From an uncultured Pseudomonadota bacterium (GTDB taxonomy: Bacteria > Oederibacteriota > Muellerivitia > Muellerivitales > Muellerivitaceae), in contig CAVYRH010000011.1 in the NCBI GenBank assembly GCA_963770835.1, positions 192,001-256,000 on the forward strand: 64,000 nucleotides of DNA, written 5' to 3'. The notes beneath the pieces were generated by a model that had not been told where the DNA came from, ran no database searches, and worked only from the letters and a program-made list of their open reading frames with translations. The position numbers and the translations under genes are program-made. This document shows, one piece after another, positions 60,796 through 64,000 of this stretch (position 1 is its first letter; each line of letters starts with the position of its first letter).

Positions 60796-61715
60796 TTTGC
60801 TTCACCTATCGCTTTGATGGATGCAACGTCACCGGCATTGGAAACAATGGCTTCCTTGTTGATCTTCTGAATGAGCCCGCATAAAACTTTGCCCGAACCC
60901 ACCTCCACGAAACGAGTGAACTCGTCCCCCATCATTTTTTGGATGGTCTTTGTCCATTGGACCGGGGCCATTAGCTGACGAACCAGGCTTTCCTTGATCT
61001 GTGCCGGATCACTCATCGAAGCAGCGTCAATATCCGAGTAATAAGCGACTTGAGGGGCCGAAAGATGGACTTCATTCAGGGCCTTTTTAAAGCCTTCAGC
61101 GGCTTGCTTCATGAGAGAACTGTGGAAAGGGCCACTCACAGGAAGTTCCACGGCCCGCTTAGCCCCCAAAGCCTTGGCCTTTTCGCAAGCGACGGCGACA
61201 GCCATTTTTTCCCCTGAAATGACAATCTGTCCCGGACAATTGACATTGGCTGGTTCCACCACGCCCAGGGCTGAGGCTTCCCGGCAGGCCTGGAGAACTT
61301 TCTCTTCGTCCAACATCAGGATGACGGCCATGGTTCCCCGGCCCTTTCCGGCTTCTTCCATTAACTCACCCCGTCGCCGGACCAATTTCACGGCATCCTC
61401 AAACAAGAGGGCTTGGGCAGCTACCAGGGCACTATAAGCCCCCAGGCTGTGCCCCGCTACCGCCTCAAAAGAAACGCCAGTCTTCCGAAGAATGGCCAGG
61501 GCAGCCATAGAACAGGTTAAAAGGGCGGGCTGGGTAACGGCCGTCTTCTTGAGTTCCTCTTCGGGTCCCTCAAAGCATACCCGGGAAAGGGAAAAGCCAA
61601 GCACGGAGTCGGCTTTTTCAAAAAAATCACGGCTTTCAGGGTAGGACTCATAAAGGTCCTTTCCCATTCCGACGGTTTGGGAGCCTTGGCCCGGAAACAC
61701 AAAAGCTCGTTTCAT
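60792..61715 (-). CDS. fabD: Malonyl-CoA:ACP transacylase
   Basis: FPGQGSQ, GHSLG, VSGPFHS. Confidence 0.96.
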   Translation of the reverse strand: MKRAFVFPGQGSQTVGMGKDLYESYPESRDFFEKADSVLGFSLSRVCFEGPEEELKKTAVTQPALLTCSMAALAILRKTGVSFEAVAGHSLGAYSALVAAQALLFEDAVKLVRRRGELMEEAGKGRGTMAVILMLDEEKVLQACREASALGVVEPANVNCPGQIVISGEKMAVAVACEKAKALGAKRAVELPVSGPFHSSLMKQAAEGFKKALNEVHLSAPQVAYYSDIDAASMSDPAQIKESLVRQLMAPVQWTKTIQKMMGDEFTRFVEVGSGKVLCGLIQKINKEAIVSNAGDVASIKAIGEAK

Positions 61716-61717
61716 GG

Positions 61718-62710
61718 TCACCACCTCACCGCGCTGGAAGCAAGAGTTGTCCCTGCGCCGAAGGCAACCAAGGCAATGACGTTGCCTTTTTTAACTTTCC
61801 CTGTTTTGACTGCTTCGTCCAAGGCGATGATCACGGAAGCCGCCGAAGTGTTGCCAACCTTGTCCAGGTTAATAAAAAGTTTCTCCGGGGCAACCTTCAA
61901 CCGCTCTCCGATAGCCTGGATAATGCGGATGTTAGCCTGGTGGGGAACAATAGTGGAAATGTCTTCGAGCTGCAGATGGGCTCGGTGAGCTGCTTCCAAG
62001 ATAGCTTCGCTCATCACCTTCACGGCGGTCTTAAAGATTTCCTTTCCTTCCATCTTAAGGGTATGCAAGCTTTGTTCAATCGTTTCCTTCGAGGATGGGA
62101 ACCGGCACCCACCTCCCGGAATTTTCAAAAGATCCGCTTCCTTTCCATTAGCCGCCATGTAAGAGGAAAGGATTTCATGATGACCTTCAGCCACTGATCC
62201 GATGATCGCGGCCCCAGCACCATCGCCAAAAAGGACGCAAGTACTTCTATCTTTCCAATCGATAAATGCTGTCAGTTTTTCAGCGCCGATAAGGAGAATA
62301 TGTTTGTAGGTTCCGCTTTCAATGAAAGCCCTCGCAACAGTCAATCCATACACAAAACCGGAGCAGGCGGCCGATAGGTCGAAGGCGGCGGCTTGTGGGG
62401 CGCCAAGTTTGCTTTGCACCCAACAAGCTGTCGCGGGCGTGGGTGTATCCGGTGTGATGGTGGCCACGATAATGAGGTCCAAATCGGTGGCTTTCAAACC
62501 GGCGGCCATAATGGCTTTCTTGGCCGCTTCCACCGCCATATCGGAGGTGGTTTGCTCGGGCGCCGCCATATGCCGCTCCCGAATTCCGGTTCGAGTAACG
62601 ATCCATTCATCGGATGTTTCGACGATTTTTTCCAAATCCTTGTTGGTCAAAACCTTCTCGGGCAAGTAGGATCCGGTCCCTAAAAAACCAGCATGGATTT
62701 TTTGGCTCAA
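61718..62710 (-). CDS. fabH: 3-oxoacyl-ACP synthase III
   Basis: AACSGF, LFGDGAGA, PHQAN, GNTSAAS. Confidence 0.97.
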   Translation of the reverse strand: MSQKIHAGFLGTGSYLPEKVLTNKDLEKIVETSDEWIVTRTGIRERHMAAPEQTTSDMAVEAAKKAIMAAGLKATDLDLIIVATITPDTPTPATACWVQSKLGAPQAAAFDLSAACSGFVYGLTVARAFIESGTYKHILLIGAEKLTAFIDWKDRSTCVLFGDGAGAAIIGSVAEGHHEILSSYMAANGKEADLLKIPGGGCRFPSSKETIEQSLHTLKMEGKEIFKTAVKVMSEAILEAAHRAHLQLEDISTIVPHQANIRIIQAIGERLKVAPEKLFINLDKVGNTSAASVIIALDEAVKTGKVKKGNVIALVAFGAGTTLASSAVRW

Positions 62711-62711
62711 A

Positions 62712-63770
62712 TTAGTTCCCCGGTTTCGTTTCGGGCTTGTCGGAAGTTTGCCCGTGTTGTGCGATCTGCTCCTTCAAAAGCCCATTCATATCTTTGTTGA
62801 CACAGCGCAGGGTGGCCCGGATGGCGTTTTTGATGGCCTCTGCGTTCGATTTCCCATGGGAAATCAGGCACAAACCGTCAATGCCCAACAGAGGAGCGCC
62901 GCCATATTCCTTGTAGTCGATGCTACGCTTGAAACGCCGGAAAGCGGGAGCGGCCAAAAGACCACCCACCAGCGTGAATAGGTTGGAGCTCATTTCCTTT
63001 TTTAAAAGTTTATAAACCAGTTCTCCAACACCCTCGATGGCCTTCAAGGTTACGTTTCCGACAAAACCGTCGCAAACGGTCACATCGCAATTACCGTTGA
63101 CGATATCGCGACCCTCGACGTTTCCGATGTAATTCAATGGAACTTTCTTCAAGAGGGCCTGGGTCTCAAATACCAGCTCATTCCCCTTGGTCTCCTCCTC
63201 CCCAATGGAAAGCAAGCCGACCCGGGGGTTCTTGAAATTCAGGACAGTCCTGGCGAAAACATCTCCCATCAGTGCGAATTGAAGCAAGTGTTTGGCTTTG
63301 CAGTCGACATTAGCCCCCGCATCCACGAGGACCGAAATACCTTGAACACTGGGAACCATGGTAACAATGGCGGGGCGGTAAACTCCGTCAATGCGCCCGC
63401 ACATCATTAGGGCCGCAGCCATAGAGGCCCCTGAATTCCCAGCCGAAACGGTAGCGGTTACTTCCCCTTTTTTAACCAGTCCGGCGCAACGGACGACGGA
63501 AGAATCCCTTTTTTGCTTGCAGGCCTGGGCCGGGCTTTCCCCCATTTCCACTACTTCCCGGGCATCAACGATCGAGATCGATTTTTTGGGGTAGTTCCCG
63601 ATATGGGAAAGTTCCTTTTCAATATCCTCTTTACGGCCTACCAGGACCACTTCCAGGTCGTGATTGGCCATTCCAAGAACTTCGGCGTCTTGAACGGCGA
63701 GAACACCCCCCAGCACGGTTTCCCGTGGGGCGAAATCACCACCCATGGCATCAAGGGCGATTCTTATCAT
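62712..63770 (-). CDS. plsX: Phosphate acyltransferase
   Basis: DAMGGDFAP, SAGNSGA, DAGAN, CDGFVGN, GGAPLLG. Confidence 0.97.
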   Translation of the reverse strand: MIRIALDAMGGDFAPRETVLGGVLAVQDAEVLGMANHDLEVVLVGRKEDIEKELSHIGNYPKKSISIVDAREVVEMGESPAQACKQKRDSSVVRCAGLVKKGEVTATVSAGNSGASMAAALMMCGRIDGVYRPAIVTMVPSVQGISVLVDAGANVDCKAKHLLQFALMGDVFARTVLNFKNPRVGLLSIGEEETKGNELVFETQALLKKVPLNYIGNVEGRDIVNGNCDVTVCDGFVGNVTLKAIEGVGELVYKLLKKEMSSNLFTLVGGLLAAPAFRRFKRSIDYKEYGGAPLLGIDGLCLISHGKSNAEAIKNAIRATLRCVNKDMNGLLKEQIAQHGQTSDKPETKPGN

Positions 63771-63779
63771 TGGACTGGA

Positions 63780-63962
63780 TTAGGCAATATCAACGCTGAC
63801 GACTTCTTTGCCTTTGTAATAACCGCAGGTGGGACATACCCGGTGGGGCAGTTTGGCGCTTTTGCACTGGGGGCAAACCGAGAGCGATTTCGTCTTGATT
63901 TTCCAATTTGTGCGGCGCTTGTCCCGGCGTTGGCGTGAATGTCTCCGTTTAGGATTAGGCAT
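63780..63962 (-). CDS. rpmF: 50S ribosomal protein L32
   Basis: MPNPKRRHS..RRDKRR, CPQC...PHRVC.TCGYY. Confidence 0.96.
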   Translation of the reverse strand: MPNPKRRHSRQRRDKRRTNWKIKTKSLSVCPQCKSAKLPHRVCPTCGYYKGKEVVSVDIA

Positions 63963-64000
63963 GACAACCTCCAATAAAAGCGATGATTAATTTTGAATCC

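Overview
64 kb of a diderm bacterial chromosome, almost fully coding and mostly on the minus strand. I saw no integrase, transposase, prophage or CRISPR array. Core blocks: pheA-hisC-tyrA; glyA; argS; rnr-smpB; purA; rplU-rpmA-obgE-proB...nadD...rsfS; rpmF-plsX-fabH-fabD-fabG-acpP-fabF-rnc-maf; tRNA-Leu(CAG), tRNA-Lys(TTT) and tRNA-Gly(CCC). The notable content is envelope-related. There are four PorV/PorQ(FadL)-like beta-barrel genes, three of them fused to extra domains (FlgD-Ig + OmpA twice, FN3 + TPR once). There is also a 1,900-aa secreted protein with a ~1,000-aa Thr-x-Thr-Asn repeat stalk and a T9SS-CTD-like C-terminus, plus TPR and TolB-propeller lipoproteins and a small TonB-receptor-like barrel. 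Together these suggest a non-canonical, T9SS-related export/anchoring system; the overall style recalls candidate-phylum lineages such as FCPU426, which is inference only. Other oddities: a dedicated J-TPR/Hsp70 pair and a ComFB gene inside the obgE-nadD-rsfS operon, an orphan tadB/tadC/DUF192 module, a probable attenuator or riboswitch before purA, a sigma54 promoter, a gene whose start overlaps tRNA-Gly, and a frameshifted DUF4321 gene. All family calls are by motif recognition, without database searches.
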